A stretch of DNA of 24,194 nt from a virus. Taxonomy: Duplodnaviria; Caudoviricetes. Made by a program: the position numbers and the translations under genes. The notes beneath the pieces were generated by a model that worked only from the letters and a program-made list of their open reading frames with translations, had not been told where the DNA came from and ran no database searches. The stretch lies in the IMG/VR virus record IMGVR_UViG_3300020220_000326, positions 1 through 24,194 of that record; one strand, given 5' to 3'. The stretch's first letter is position 1. Every line of letters starts with the position of its first letter. Below are positions 9,808-19,606 of the stretch, one piece after another.

Positions 9808-11130
9808 ATGCCAAATCTGTCCTATCACACATTGGGGTATCATCATGCGATTCAGTTCGCTGAAGGTTTCTCCGAACCAGACGCTACAGTAGGATATGTT
9901 GTTCTAGGAAAGTCAGCATCCTGGGACGCGAATGACGCTCCTCCCAATGTCGCTGATACTGAATATTCCACGTTTGACGTGACTAATGTTGCCTTTGGAG
10001 GGAAAAAAGTATCGGGAAATGATGTGTCTTTAGTCATTCCGCGTCGAAATTGGACTGCAAACACCGTCTACACATCCTATAATGATCGCACCGCATCGCT
10101 CTTTGCGACGGCGAATGGGCAATATGTGTATACTTCTACTGGATCCGTCTATCGGTGTTTAAGTAATGCTAATAATGCTCTCTCAACCGTACAACCCAGC
10201 GGTGATTATAGCGTGGATAATGGATTTATTGAAACAGCAGATGGATACGTCTGGAAGTATGAATATGCGATTCTCCCAACAGATAAGTTTCTGACGACTG
10301 ACTGGATGCCCGCTCCCACAGCTCAAGTGACTGCGTATTATGGTTCATCTAACAACGTTGTGGCTGGTGCGGTGTCTCAGTTGATTGTGATATCAAGCGG
10401 AAGTGGATATGGTAATACCAATACAACCATTCAGATTGTGGGGGATGGCGTCGGTGCTACAGCAAATGCGAATGTTGTTGCAGGTGCATTGGTCTCCTGC
10501 GATTTGTTGTCATATGGATCAGGCTATAGTTATCAGAATTGTACGGTGACTGTAACTGGATCGGGATCTGGAGCCAATGTGCGTCCAGTACTGTCGCCGT
10601 ATTTTGGGCATGCTTATAATCCTGCCCTTCAGTTGGGCGCGAATACCGTAATGATTTCTATGAAAATTGGGACTGGCGATGCTACTGAGGGCGGTAAAAT
10701 TACCGCAAATAACGATTTTCGTCAAATTAGTTTGTTATTGGGGCCGCATAAATATAATCAGAATACGGAGATAAGTTCGGCGAATGCGAATTCTGTCGTG
10801 CTTTTAGCCGAAACAGTTTTGGTGACGACGGGATCAGATTTTACGCGGGATGAATTGGTGTATCAGGGAACGGATCTCGCTAACTCCACGTATCGCGGAG
10901 TTGTTACTGATTACTTCGTCAATGAAATCTATATTACGGAGCAGTTTGGAACGATTCAAGTGGGTAGTGCGTTGAAGGGAAATACATCAGCTGTAGCACG
11001 AACCGTGGTGAATAGTACATCGCCCGAATTAGATTCACGAAGCGGATCGTTAGTTTATGTGGAAAATCGCGCTCCTGTAAGTCGCGCAATCAATCAAGCA
11101 GAAAACATTAAATTTGTCGTCTCATTCTAG
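9808..11130 (+). CDS. gp8: Baseplate wedge subunit gp8
   Basis: LVIPRRNW, VYRCLSN, DGYVWKYEY, NDFRQISLL, SGSLVYVENRAPVSR..Q.ENIKFVVSF. Confidence 0.9.
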   Translation: MPNLSYHTLGYHHAIQFAEGFSEPDATVGYVVLGKSASWDANDAPPNVADTEYSTFDVTNVAFGGKKVSGNDVSLVIPRRNWTANTVYTSYNDRTASLFATANGQYVYTSTGSVYRCLSNANNALSTVQPSGDYSVDNGFIETADGYVWKYEYAILPTDKFLTTDWMPAPTAQVTAYYGSSNNVVAGAVSQLIVISSGSGYGNTNTTIQIVGDGVGATANANVVAGALVSCDLLSYGSGYSYQNCTVTVTGSGSGANVRPVLSPYFGHAYNPALQLGANTVMISMKIGTGDATEGGKITANNDFRQISLLLGPHKYNQNTEISSANANSVVLLAETVLVTTGSDFTRDELVYQGTDLANSTYRGVVTDYFVNEIYITEQFGTIQVGSALKGNTSAVARTVVNSTSPELDSRSGSLVYVENRAPVSRAINQAENIKFVVSF

Positions 11131-11140
11131 GTGAATCTCT

Positions 11141-14100
11141 ATGGCACTTGATCTGACTCAAAATCCATATTTTGACGATTATAACGAAACAAAAGATTTC
11201 TATCGTCTCTTGTTTCGTCCAGGCTTTGCGGTACAGGCGCGTGAACTGACGCAGATTCAAACAGGGCTTCAAAAGCAACTGGATCACTTTGGATCTCATA
11301 TTTTCAAAAACGGCTCCATGGTGTTGGAAGGGCAAACAACCCTTGAAACCCAACATATCAAATATGTCAAGTTGAATACCGTCAATGTTCTTAGTGAGAC
11401 GATTGACGTTAGTGATTTTCTTAACACCTTTGTAATTGACACCACTAGCCGTGGAGTGCGCGCCTATGTGATTGCAGTGGATAGTGGCGCGGATGGCAAT
11501 CCTCCTACGCTGATGCTCAAGTATGTGTCGGGTGTAGAATTTACCACGAGTGAGAATATTCAAACCGCTGATGGCGTATATAAAGCCACCACGCTTTCGT
11601 CTGGTGCCACGGGCAACGGTTCTGTCTGCTCTATCAATAGCGGCATTTTCTTTATTAATGGGTTCTTTGCTCGCGTCGGTGCGCAGACAATTATTTTAGA
11701 GCGATATTCCACTACTCCGTCTTATCGTATTGGATTAGAAATCGGTGAAACTGTTGTTGATGAAAATCAGGACACCACACTTTTAGATCCCGCTCTTGGT
11801 TCATCTAACTATCAAGCACCAGGTGCTACTCGGTATAAGATCTCGCTGACTTTCGCCAAACGGTCTTTGACAAGTGTAGATGATTCTGCGTTTATAGATT
11901 TACTGCGCGTCACTGATGGTGAACCCCTTAAGAAAATTGAGTACCCGCAACTCTCTGAGCTGGAAAATACTCTAGCGCGGCGCACATATGATGAATCGGG
12001 CAACTATTTGGTTCGCCCATTTCAGATTGCGTTGAATAATCATAACACGTATGCCAATGCGTTCAATGTGGTCATGGAAGCGGGCAAAGCTTATGTGTTA
12101 GGCTATGAGTTTGAGACGATTGCGCCTACCGTTATTGTCAATGAGCGGGCGCGCGATGTGGCGAACGTCTACAATTATCCACTCACTGTAGATTATCAAA
12201 ATTATATTGATGTCACGGGGTTATCAGGACCCATTGCGTTTGATACGCTTGCGCCGTTGACGATTCATTGTGTGAATACCGCATCTATCAATACGACGAG
12301 CGCAACAACAGCGGGTGCTACGAATATCGGTACATTGCGTATTCGTGCGCTGGATTATCAGTCAAGTGCTACTTCTTCATCTATCAGCACTGGTATTTGG
12401 CGTGCCTATGTGATTGACGCAAATGTCGCGTCACGATCTGCCAACTGTGGTGGTACTGGGACCACAAATACGATTCAATTAGATTCCAATGCATCGAGTG
12501 TCACAGATGCGTATGCGGGTGTGATGATTCGTATTGTCACGCATGCAGGAGCTTCTGTAAGTGAGGTTCGTCAGATTAGTTCCTATAATGGTTCTACTAA
12601 AGTGGCCACAGTGTCGCGCAATTTCTCTTTTGGTACACCCACAACTGCTACCATCTTCTCGTTGGACTATGAGTTCAAAGACGCGGAATCTTTTGTGTAT
12701 GGATCAAGTAATACTATCACCACCGCGATGAATATCTCAAGCGACAGCAAACTACCCACACTGGTCGATACCTTTCAGGGTGCGTTTTTATCTGACACGA
12801 ATTTTAATCGTGCGATTCTTCAGTTGCCCAATTTTTCGATTGGAAACTCATCAGTGGTGGGTGGGACGCCAATTACGAACACAGAATACTATGGGCGCAA
12901 ACTCTTTACACAAACATTCTCAAGTGGCGTCATCAGTTTCACTACAACAACGGGAATCACTTCAGCAGTTAATGGATCGCCACTGAGTGCCGCAGATGCA
13001 ATTGATAACGTGTTGGTGGTGACGACAAGTGGTGGTGTGTTAGCAAATAATCAAGTGATCAATTTTGCGAACAGCAGCGCGAATACGGTCACTGTCACAA
13101 CTTCCTCGAATACCTCGACCTATACGATTACTGTACCAAATGCCGGTTCACAGAGTGCGAAAGTTTATGTGAAAGTGAAATTGCCGTATTCGCATTCTTT
13201 GGGCAGCTTGCGGAGATCGAAACAGACACAGACAGCAAACACCACGATTATTGATACGAGCAGTGCGACCACGGTGTCTGCCACGACAACTTGGTATAAA
13301 CAGTCTAGCTCGCAGGGCGCACAAGTTGTCTTTTCGTCATCTGGAATCTCGGGGCTACAGACACCCAACTATGCGCAATCAGTATATACTGCCGATGTAA
13401 TTAGTCTGGCAGGAGTATATGATTTTGGAACCAACGCAGTCTCTACGGCAAATCTTGCGAGCGCAACAAATTTAACAGCTAATTATACATTGGATAATGG
13501 GCAACGTGATAACACGTATGATCATGCCACAGTTCGTTTGCTGCCAAATCGCCAAGGTCCATCAGGCAATACGGTGGTGTATTTAAATTATTATGAACAT
13601 ACAGGATCAGGATATTTGACTGTTGATTCGTATATTGATGCTGGTGTGGGGTATTCTGATATTCCCACCTACACTTCTTCGCAATCCGCCGCTGTCTATC
13701 GTCTGCGTGATTGTATCGATTTTCGTCCGCGTCGGAAAAATGCAGACACCGCAGGATTGTTTGATGAGATTATTCTCGGAATTTCTGGAACGAACTTTGA
13801 AACCGACTTTAGTTATTATCTGCCCCGTATTGATAAGATTGTACTGACTAAAGATCGTTCTTTTGAAGTCATTCGTGGTATTTCGTCTCTCAACCCACAG
13901 ACACCAGCTGATCAAGTCAATGCTATGACATTGTATACCTTGATGTTGCCTGCCTACACGGACTATCCCAGTGATATTCTAGTGAAGTATCTTGATAATC
14001 GCCGATACACCATGCGGGATATTGGCACATTAGAAAAACGTATTTCTAATTTGGAATATTATACTTCACTCAATTTGTTGGAACAAGATGCAAAGAATCA

Positions 14101-17100
14101 ACAGATTATTGATAACGAAACAGGATTGAATCGATTCAAGAATGGCATTCTCGTTGATCCGTTTAAGGGGCACAATATTGGTGATGTACTCAATAAGGAT
14201 TATATTTGTGCCATTGATCAACAGACTCAAGAGTTGCGGCCGCCGTTCTTGACGGATAATTATCCTATGACTATTAATGGTGAATATTCATCTAATTATG
14301 AGCGCAGTGGCTCTATTATTTCGCTTGATTATAATGAAACAGCATTTATAGAGCAGCCCTTAGCATCCACCTTTATTAATGTGAATCCGTTCAACACTGT
14401 CGCTTTTATTGGACAGTTGAAACTGGATCCAACATCAGACACCTGGGTAGATACAAATCAAAATCCTGATGTGTTGGTGAATACTGAAGGTGATAATGAC
14501 ACATGGGCAGCACTAACACAGGGCATTGAGCGAGCAGCTCCTGATATTTTCGGTACTGTCTGGAATAATTGGCAAACACAGTGGTCAGGTGTTACTAATG
14601 TTCGCACAGACACAATTAATCCTCAGTGGCGTGGATGGTTAGGTGCTACAGGAACCTGGAGAGGAGTTTTTGGTGATGTAATTCAGAATACCATTGCTGA
14701 TATTACTACGCATCAAGGTCGCACAGGCGTGCAAACCAACCTTTCGATGGATGTGATTACTCGTTCTCTGGGCAATCGTGTGGTTGATACTTCGGTGGTG
14801 CCTTATATTCGGTCACGCGGAATACTCTTTGTGGGATCTGCGTTCCGTCCGAACACCGCTCTTTACGGATTCTTTGATAATACTGCGGTGCAATCGTATC
14901 TGAATAAAACGAACATTATTGAATTGTCAGGCAACACAGCATCGTATGTGGACACGTATCAAGATAATGAAACTGTTCGCGTGTTTGAACCCGCCACGAG
15001 TGCCAATCTTGCGAGTGCGGTGGTCGTTCTTAACCGAAAGAATATAAGCACCACAAACGTCTCAGTTGTTAATGTGAGTGCTGGCGACGATGCTAACATT
15101 GGCAATGTGAAAATTGTGTCTGCCAATTCGACGTTCTTGATCGGAAATACATCTGGGTCCAATACGCGCATTATAGGTTATCATCATCATTCTGGTGGAG
15201 CTTATGCGGGCTCATCGAATACCGTCACACTGTCTAACGATGTCATGTTGTCCAATACTGCATCAGGATATGTTGGGCAGACGATTTTCCTCACTTCAGG
15301 AACAGGATTGGGGCAATCAAAAACGATTGCGGCCTACGATACTTCTTCGAAAATTATTACAGTATCGGGCACATGGACTACCACCCCTGATAACACGTCT
15401 GCGTACTCAATCGGCTCACTGACCTCTGATCTTCGCGGTGAAGTGACAGGCGTGTTTGTTGTTCCTAGTACGGCTACTTTGAAATTTAGAACAGGTGAAC
15501 GCATCTTCCGTTTGATTGATGTCCCATCAGGTGATGTGCCTAGTTCAACAACGAATGCTGATGCGCGATACTTCGCGCAAGGATTATTGCAAACTGCTGA
15601 ACAAACTATTCTCTCAACTCGCGTTCCCGTTATTCGTCGCACGGGAGTGTCACAAGAACAAACAGTTGTTGAGCGTGACGTTCTACAACGATCAGAAGTA
15701 ATTGGGCGACAACTCGTTGCATATTGGGATCCACTGGCACAAACATTCTTAGTCGATCAGAATCAATATGAGAATGGAGTGCAGGTGACGTCCGTGCGAC
15801 TACTCTTCAAGAGTAAGGATGACAATATTCCTGTTCAGATTCAATTGCGTCCGGTGGTCAATGGATATCCGCATTCATCTCAGATTATTCCCTTCTCAGA
15901 AGTTACGCTGAATCCTAATCAGGTCACTGTCGTCACGCAAAGTGCATTATCTGCTCGGCTCGCAGACCCGACATTGACTGCGCCATTGCAAGATGCTGCG
16001 TTCTATACAGAAGCACGGTTTGCTGCACCGGTGACATTACAGACGGGTCGGGAGTATGCAATTGTCATTCTTGCAAATAGTACACAATATGAGGTTTATC
16101 TGGCGCAAATAGGGCAGACGGTGCTTGGAACTGATCGGTTGATTTCTTCGCAGCCGTATTTGGGATCCTTCTTCAAGTCACAAAATGCGTCTACGTGGAC
16201 TGCTGCGCAAGATCAAGATTTAATGTTCCGTCTTATGCGGGCATCGTATACAAGCACCACGGCAAATGTTGAGTTTGCGGTGACATCCGCGAATGCTCCC
16301 ACTGCGAATGTGCCTATGGATACGTTCTATATGACGTCGGGCAATCTTGTGTTACCAAATACGAGCGTGTCGTCCTATTATTCGACTACGCTGGCGTCAG
16401 GCGGACCGCAAGAAGTTTATCGTCCATTTGATATTGATAACAATGTCTTCTTTGATGATACATTGGGTCGGCGTGTTATTACGACGAACAATCAGTCCTT
16501 CAAAGTGCGTTTATATCTCAACAGCAAAAATACAGATATCTCGCCGCTTATAGATATGGAACGGCTGAGTGTGTTGGCGATTGAAAATCGTGTCAACAAT
16601 CTTGGACTCGCAAACGGCGATATAGTGGTGACAAGTAGTACCGCGACGTTTGCTAATTCAAACGTCTCGATTACTCTGAGTGGCGGTGGGGGATCTGGTG
16701 CTAATGCGTACGCCGTGATTACCAGCAATACTCTCTCATCGATTATTGTCAATGCACCAGGATCAGGCTATACGAGTTCACCGACCGTTACGATTACCGG
16801 TGGTGGTGGTACGGCGACAGCAGTTGCGATTGGTGAAACGTCTGCTTCTGGTGGTCCTGCTGATGCCCGTTATATTACGCGCAAGGTTGTCTTATCCGAA
16901 TATATGGATGCGGGCGATCTGCGAGTCTATCTCACAGCGTATAAACCCAGCGAGTCGAATATTCATGTGTATTACAAACTTCTCTCTGCAGATGATGTCA
17001 ATAGTTTTGATGAACAATCGTATCAACTCATGACTTGCATTCAGGGTTTCAATAATATCTCTTTGAATAGCGACGATTTGAAAGAGTTTGTATTTGCACC

Positions 17101-17254
17101 AGGAACGAACACGATTCCCAAAAATCAGATTTCGTATGGCACCTTTACGAATTTTAGATATTTTGCTATTAAGATTGTTATGACATCTACTAATACAGCA
17201 CGAGCGCCACGAATTAAAAATTTCAGAACAATTGCGATTCCGTCCTTATCATGA
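11141..17254 (+). CDS. Large virion structural protein, VrlC/DUF4815-like
   Basis: PYFDDY..KDFYRLLFRPGFAVQARELTQIQ, APGATRYKISL, LARRTYDESGNY, RRYTMRDIG.LEKRI.NLEYYTSL, DPLAQTF, GSFFKSQNASTW, FAIKIVM; follows gp8. Confidence 0.85.
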   Translation: MALDLTQNPYFDDYNETKDFYRLLFRPGFAVQARELTQIQTGLQKQLDHFGSHIFKNGSMVLEGQTTLETQHIKYVKLNTVNVLSETIDVSDFLNTFVIDTTSRGVRAYVIAVDSGADGNPPTLMLKYVSGVEFTTSENIQTADGVYKATTLSSGATGNGSVCSINSGIFFINGFFARVGAQTIILERYSTTPSYRIGLEIGETVVDENQDTTLLDPALGSSNYQAPGATRYKISLTFAKRSLTSVDDSAFIDLLRVTDGEPLKKIEYPQLSELENTLARRTYDESGNYLVRPFQIALNNHNTYANAFNVVMEAGKAYVLGYEFETIAPTVIVNERARDVANVYNYPLTVDYQNYIDVTGLSGPIAFDTLAPLTIHCVNTASINTTSATTAGATNIGTLRIRALDYQSSATSSSISTGIWRAYVIDANVASRSANCGGTGTTNTIQLDSNASSVTDAYAGVMIRIVTHAGASVSEVRQISSYNGSTKVATVSRNFSFGTPTTATIFSLDYEFKDAESFVYGSSNTITTAMNISSDSKLPTLVDTFQGAFLSDTNFNRAILQLPNFSIGNSSVVGGTPITNTEYYGRKLFTQTFSSGVISFTTTTGITSAVNGSPLSAADAIDNVLVVTTSGGVLANNQVINFANSSANTVTVTTSSNTSTYTITVPNAGSQSAKVYVKVKLPYSHSLGSLRRSKQTQTANTTIIDTSSATTVSATTTWYKQSSSQGAQVVFSSSGISGLQTPNYAQSVYTADVISLAGVYDFGTNAVSTANLASATNLTANYTLDNGQRDNTYDHATVRLLPNRQGPSGNTVVYLNYYEHTGSGYLTVDSYIDAGVGYSDIPTYTSSQSAAVYRLRDCIDFRPRRKNADTAGLFDEIILGISGTNFETDFSYYLPRIDKIVLTKDRSFEVIRGISSLNPQTPADQVNAMTLYTLMLPAYTDYPSDILVKYLDNRRYTMRDIGTLEKRISNLEYYTSLNLLEQDAKNQQIIDNETGLNRFKNGILVDPFKGHNIGDVLNKDYICAIDQQTQELRPPFLTDNYPMTINGEYSSNYERSGSIISLDYNETAFIEQPLASTFINVNPFNTVAFIGQLKLDPTSDTWVDTNQNPDVLVNTEGDNDTWAALTQGIERAAPDIFGTVWNNWQTQWSGVTNVRTDTINPQWRGWLGATGTWRGVFGDVIQNTIADITTHQGRTGVQTNLSMDVITRSLGNRVVDTSVVPYIRSRGILFVGSAFRPNTALYGFFDNTAVQSYLNKTNIIELSGNTASYVDTYQDNETVRVFEPATSANLASAVVVLNRKNISTTNVSVVNVSAGDDANIGNVKIVSANSTFLIGNTSGSNTRIIGYHHHSGGAYAGSSNTVTLSNDVMLSNTASGYVGQTIFLTSGTGLGQSKTIAAYDTSSKIITVSGTWTTTPDNTSAYSIGSLTSDLRGEVTGVFVVPSTATLKFRTGERIFRLIDVPSGDVPSSTTNADARYFAQGLLQTAEQTILSTRVPVIRRTGVSQEQTVVERDVLQRSEVIGRQLVAYWDPLAQTFLVDQNQYENGVQVTSVRLLFKSKDDNIPVQIQLRPVVNGYPHSSQIIPFSEVTLNPNQVTVVTQSALSARLADPTLTAPLQDAAFYTEARFAAPVTLQTGREYAIVILANSTQYEVYLAQIGQTVLGTDRLISSQPYLGSFFKSQNASTWTAAQDQDLMFRLMRASYTSTTANVEFAVTSANAPTANVPMDTFYMTSGNLVLPNTSVSSYYSTTLASGGPQEVYRPFDIDNNVFFDDTLGRRVITTNNQSFKVRLYLNSKNTDISPLIDMERLSVLAIENRVNNLGLANGDIVVTSSTATFANSNVSITLSGGGGSGANAYAVITSNTLSSIIVNAPGSGYTSSPTVTITGGGGTATAVAIGETSASGGPADARYITRKVVLSEYMDAGDLRVYLTAYKPSESNIHVYYKLLSADDVNSFDEQSYQLMTCIQGFNNISLNSDDLKEFVFAPGTNTIPKNQISYGTFTNFRYFAIKIVMTSTNTARAPRIKNFRTIAIPSLS

Positions 17255-17490
17255 GTACCGTTAAGATTACTAACACTGAGTTTGTACGCGATATGAATAC
17301 GCAAGCGATACTAAATACTGATATTGCAGCAAGGCAACAGTTTGAACAAACCAGAAAACGAATTAAAGCAGAACGTGTTGATCGTACTGAAACCAAAGAA
17401 CGACTTCGGCAACTTGAGCAAAGTATGCATGAACTTAAAACGATGATCGCAGAACTTTGCGCTCTCAAGGATACGCATGGCAATCACTAA
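17251..17490 (+). CDS. Small coiled-coil hypothetical protein
   Basis: ATGA overlap with the upstream gene; FVRDMNTQAILNTD then heptad-like RLRQLEQSMHELKTMIAEL. Confidence 0.8.
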   Translation: MSTVKITNTEFVRDMNTQAILNTDIAARQQFEQTRKRIKAERVDRTETKERLRQLEQSMHELKTMIAELCALKDTHGNH

Positions 17491-17740
17491 CATTACCAAT
17501 GCGAATACGTTTGGTCAGTGGCTCTCCACGACACAATCTCTTGTCTCGGTCGCTAATTCCTTGACAGATGGGCCCATACTGACTGCAAACACTCTTTTAC
17601 GTCTAACGCATGCTGGCGAAACCCTGAATGTTGTTAACACCGCAACATTTACTGGCAATGTTGTAATGAACGGTACTGTGTTAATTAATGGTCGCACACC
17701 AGAAGAAATTGCTATTGCAATGGTAATTGCATTAGGATAA
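17477..17740 (+). CDS. Short fibre/adaptor-like protein (N-terminal TFxxW motif, C-terminal IAMVIALG)
   Basis: AAGGA SD upstream; MAITNITNANTFGQW...EEIAIAMVIALG. Confidence 0.75.
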   Translation: MAITNITNANTFGQWLSTTQSLVSVANSLTDGPILTANTLLRLTHAGETLNVVNTATFTGNVVMNGTVLINGRTPEEIAIAMVIALG

Positions 17741-17761
17741 TATCGATAGGGGATAACAACG

Positions 17762-18088
17762 ATGGCTAATACGTTTAAATCTAATTTACGTGCGAATCTG
17801 GTGACAACTGGAAATACTGTCTACACTTGTCCTAGTGGAACTCAATGTACATTGATTGGATTATCGCTGGCAAATAAATCAAGTGGAACAGTCACTGCTA
17901 ATGCCTATATTACTCGATCATCGGTAGATTATGCACTTATCACGCTGGGACCAATTTTGAGCGGATCTACACTGGTGGTTGTGGGGGCAGAACAAAAAGT
18001 TGTGTTAGAAGCTAACGATATTCTAAAGGTAGTGGCATCGGCGAATGGTTCGGTGGACTGTGTTGCGTCACTCTTAGAGATTACATAA
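17762..18088 (+). CDS. Conserved phage hypothetical (MANTFK-type small beta protein)
   Basis: AGGGG SD; VYTCPSGT..TLIGLSLAN..KVVLEANDILKV..DCVASLLEIT, a pattern I recall from environmental phages. Confidence 0.8.
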   Translation: MANTFKSNLRANLVTTGNTVYTCPSGTQCTLIGLSLANKSSGTVTANAYITRSSVDYALITLGPILSGSTLVVVGAEQKVVLEANDILKVVASANGSVDCVASLLEIT

Positions 18089-18098
18089 CGAGATTATT

Positions 18099-18827
18099 AT
18101 GGCATATCTAGGCAGTACCTATACAAGGTTTGATCCCACTCGGACTATCGCTGCGCCGCGTGACGCAGATCGATTTTCTGGTAATGCCTCTACTTTGACA
18201 TTCACACTCACACGTGCAGTAGATGCACCTACTGACATTGAAGTTTTTGTCAATAATGTTCAGCAAGAACCGATGACTGCGTATAATGTCATTGGTACTT
18301 CCTTAACCTTTGCGGCAGCGCCACCTAGTGGAACGAACAATGTCTATGTGGTCTATCGTGGATTCAACACAGGTGTTATTGGTATCACGCTTCCAGATAA
18401 TTCTGTCACAACATCGAAGTTAGCCACCAATATTCGTCTATTTACGGTTGATAATTATACTGCGAACGGATCCGCTACAAATTTTACCTTGTCAGATACA
18501 CCACCTGATGCGAATACGTTGATGGTCGCAGTCAATGGAATTCTCCAAACTTCTCCTAATAATTATACCGTTTCTGGATCAACACTGACCTTTACCAGTG
18601 CGCCTGCACTCAATGCCAATGTTACGATTCGGCATCTTGGCTTTCGATCTTCAGTAGCACAGACAGCACTTACAATGGTCGATGTAATTGCAACCGCAAG
18701 TTTACCTGCAGCTGGAACGTCACAAAACGGGCGAATCGTGATTGAGGATGCTGGTTCTGGTGATCGTAATCTCATTCTCTACGCCGGGGGTCAACGATTC
18801 CGGATTGACGGTGGGGTCGCGTTCTAA
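18099..18827 (+). CDS. Tail-associated structural protein with two G[ND]xS..F.L beta modules
   Basis: MAYLG start; modules FSGNASTLTFTL..VFVNNVQQ..LTFAAAP and YTANGSATNFTL..VAVNGILQ..LTFTSAP; ends IDGGVAF. Confidence 0.8.
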   Translation: MAYLGSTYTRFDPTRTIAAPRDADRFSGNASTLTFTLTRAVDAPTDIEVFVNNVQQEPMTAYNVIGTSLTFAAAPPSGTNNVYVVYRGFNTGVIGITLPDNSVTTSKLATNIRLFTVDNYTANGSATNFTLSDTPPDANTLMVAVNGILQTSPNNYTVSGSTLTFTSAPALNANVTIRHLGFRSSVAQTALTMVDVIATASLPAAGTSQNGRIVIEDAGSGDRNLILYAGGQRFRIDGGVAF

Positions 18828-18863
18828 TATCTAACCCTATTAATTCAAATGAGGCCCTAATAT

Positions 18864-18881
18864 GGCGATAAAGGCGATAAA
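18864..18881 (+). repeat. Tandem 9-bp direct repeat GGCGATAAA x2
   Basis: Read directly; the second copy runs into GATAAATA. Confidence 0.85.
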
Positions 18882-18883
18882 TA
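18876..18883 (+). promoter_or_regulatory. Possible late promoter variant (GATAAATA)
   Basis: NATAAATA in an 83-nt intergenic gap upstream of AGGAG-ATG (18911). Confidence 0.45.
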
Positions 18884-18910
18884 GATAAAATAAACACAGA
18901 AGGAGTTCAC

Positions 18911-19156
18911 ATGATTACTATTAATATGGATAAAGCACGTAAGATTAAACAAGATCAGATTCGAGACGAACGCAAACCGCTGCTGGAGAAACTTGATGTG
19001 CAGTTTATGCGTGCCGTTGAATCTGGTAACAGTGCGCTTCAAACAGAAATTGCGACACAGAAACAAGCCTTACGGGATTGCACTGTGGATCCAGTGATTC
19101 TCAATGCTGCAACTCCAGAGGCACTCAAGGCTGCTCGTCCCGCTGCATTAAAGTAG
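18911..19156 (+). CDS. Putative tail-fibre assembly chaperone
   Basis: AGGAG SD; INMDKAR..IRDERKPLLEKLDVQFMRA..KQALRD pattern of small phage tail assembly chaperones. Confidence 0.7.
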   Translation: MITINMDKARKIKQDQIRDERKPLLEKLDVQFMRAVESGNSALQTEIATQKQALRDCTVDPVILNAATPEALKAARPAALK

Positions 19157-19166
19157 GAGTGGTTAC

Positions 19167-19589
19167 GTGGGATATATTGGAAATCAACTGCTTGGTGGGC
19201 AACAGCAGGTTCAATACTTGTCTGGTGACGGTAGCACAACCTCATTTGTATTAGATCATGCCACTGGAGCAGAAGCTTCTGTACTTGTGTTTATTGCTGG
19301 TGTAAAACAGAAAGCCTCAACGTATTCTCTGTCCAATGGTCGAATTAACTTTACGAACGCACCAGCCAGCGGAAGCAATAATGTCGAATTGATTTATCTG
19401 GGTGGAGCGGTCCTCACCACGCCGTATCTTAGCGCCGATACGTTTGGCATCATTCGCATCAATGCTAATACCATTACACAGAACTGTACTATTACGACGG
19501 GCTATAATGGATCCAGTGCTGGACCGCTGAGAATTGCGAATAATGTAACGATTACGATAGCCAATAATGCGACCTGGCATATTATTTAA
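19167..19589 (+). CDS. Tail-associated structural protein (GTG start)
   Basis: AGGAG SD; GYIGN start, SGDGSTTSFVL module, C-terminal NGSSAGPLRIANNVTITIANNATWHII. Confidence 0.78.
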   Translation: MGYIGNQLLGGQQQVQYLSGDGSTTSFVLDHATGAEASVLVFIAGVKQKASTYSLSNGRINFTNAPASGSNNVELIYLGGAVLTTPYLSADTFGIIRINANTITQNCTITTGYNGSSAGPLRIANNVTITIANNATWHII

Positions 19590-19606
19590 CGAGTAGAGGA
19601 TTATAG

